Positions 34,692-36,200 of a stretch of 36,200 nt of DNA are shown here, one piece after another. The stretch lies in sequence record SRR20825019_1688, one strand, 5' to 3'. The notes beneath the pieces are model-generated. The model saw nothing but the letters and a program-made list of their open reading frames with translations. It had not been told where the DNA came from and did no database searches. Position 1 is the first letter of the stretch. Every line of letters starts with the position of its first letter. Position numbers and translations under genes: made by a program.

Positions 34692-35945
34692 CTACTGTGG
34701 CCATTGAGAATACTCAACCACGCTCTTGACCACATCAGCGCTAGAAAGCTCGGGGTTCACTCCCCGGCGCGCATTTAGCCCAGCACCTTGCCCACACCAC
34801 ATCTGCATAAACTCCGGGTTTTGCTTCTTCTCGGCAGTTTCCCTAATGCCCTTTGTCACGTCCCGCTGCAATGGGTACTCGAGGACGTGCACCCCGACTC
34901 GCTCGGTGTCGACCTTATACTGAGAAGTATTAATCCGGTCACCGCCTTGCATCTGGTTGATATGCTTGTTGAAAATTCCACGAGCAGGCTTTCCAGAGTA
35001 CGCGCACGTCACAACAGTACCATCATCCCTTGCGCCAAGCACCGCTTTCTTGTAAGCAGGGGAGGCCGCGCTTTCCTTGCAAGGAATAAATGCCGTTCCC
35101 ATCTGGACTCCTTCTGCACCCAAAACTCGAGCAGCAGCGGCACCGCGTCCATCCATAATCCCGCCAGCCGCAATGATGGGGACCGTGAGAGCATCACACA
35201 TCTGCGGCAAAAGCGCCATAAGCCCTACCGAGCTTTTTTCGAAAGAGCTGAGCCAAGTACCGCGATGGCCACCGGCCTCGGCTCCTTGAGCACATATTGC
35301 ATCTACTCCTATGCTCTGCAGAGCATATGCTTCTTTCACTGTAGTGGCTGTTCCTATTACCTTGATTCCTGACTCGCGAAATCCCGCGACAATATGGTCA
35401 TATGGAACTCCGAATGTGAATGTGAACACAGGGACCATCATGTCCAATAATACAGGCCACTGATCCTAAATTGTCAAATAAAGCGTTAATACAATAGTGT
35501 AAAACAACGGATACGATACGACCTACCTGAAATTGCCCTGGAGCATGCTTTCGCAATTGCGCAGGATCTTCCACAAGGCCCAACGCTGTTCTTGAATGGC
35601 TAGTGCTGGTGTGGGCAAGGCGAACACGTTCCGCTGTTTCCGACACACATGGATCATCAATAAAGAGGTTCACTCCAAATGGCTTGTCCGTCTTCTCTCT
35701 AATTTCGACAATTGCCTAGCAGTAGCTCTGCAGTCAAGAAAAGGACAATTGTTTCTAGAAACTCTTACCTTGCGAATTTCCTCGGGCTTTAAATGTGACG
35801 CCGGCAAGCAACCAAGACCCCCGGCATTCGATACAGCCGCGACCATATCTGTTGTGGTGCAGCCCAGCATGGGTGCCTGAATCAGAGCATGCTCCACTCC
35901 AAGTGTGAAAGATAACGGTGTCCTGAGAAGCCTGGACACCGCCAT
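34692..35945 (-). CDS. Nitronate monooxygenase (2-nitropropane dioxygenase family, FMN-dependent)
   Basis: Introns 35768-35716 and 35526-35466. IQAPM, AVSNAGGLG, PFGVNLF, QGAEAGGHRG, AAGGIMDG, VQMGTAF, SGKPARG, WCGQ. Confidence 0.93.
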
Positions 35946-36175
35946 AGAGTCTCACCTAACCTGAACACAGATTGAGGATGTTCGTCTAAATAAAAAATTT
36001 GGAGCTCCTCGCCTCAGGTTCCTTGACTAATCCGAACCACGAAGCCTGACCCGGCCCCGGCCCCGGCCCCTGTCACCCCCTGGCGCCCGGACCGGACTCG
36101 CCGAGGCACAACATGTCTCGCGTGCGCCCAACTTCCGGCGCGGAGGGTGCGGGCCGGCCCATCGCGATGCTCCCC

Positions 36176-36200
36176 GGGGGGGGGGGGGGGGGGGGGGGGG
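36176..36200. repeat. Terminal poly-G run
   Basis: 25 consecutive G at the window end, following a GC-rich stretch. Confidence 0.9.

Noticed and set aside
1-36200. CRISPR arrays, transposons, rRNA/tRNA genes, alternative genetic code
   Set aside because: No repeat-spacer arrays, transposase or RT motifs, or RNA gene signatures were seen. All in-frame stops are explained by introns, and TAA, TAG and TGA all terminate genes.

Overview
This 36.2 kb window is gene-dense eukaryotic nuclear DNA, probably from a protist; the taxon cannot be assigned from sequence alone. It holds 16 recognisable protein-coding genes. Most are split by short GT-AG introns (about 49-62 nt) with CTAAC/CTGAC-type branch points. 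In order: DHX57-like DEAH helicase (5' end unresolved), P2X receptor, RPL9, pepsin-like aspartic protease, NFRKB, NDUFB4 (missed by the ORF track), type II thioesterase, KP-43/Tag-like subtilase, ARK-like kinesin, alkaline-phosphatase-superfamily membrane protein, secreted degenerate EEP-fold protein, EamA/DMT transporter, perosamine-synthase-like aminotransferase, OSTC, GT90/CAP10 glycosyltransferase and nitronate monooxygenase. Nearly every 5' end adjoins an extremely GC-rich island, while convergent 3' ends lie only 49-133 nt apart. The most notable observations are an ARK-type kinesin whose tail has five Sfi1-like (centrin-binding consensus) repeats, a P2X channel with an animal-like cysteine-rich head, a signal-peptide EEP-like protein with substituted catalytic motifs, a possible glycan-modification neighbourhood containing a bacterial-type aminotransferase, an intron-split RPL9 start codon, and a C/D-box RNA candidate. 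Exon models were built by hand and family calls rest on motif recognition, not database searches.
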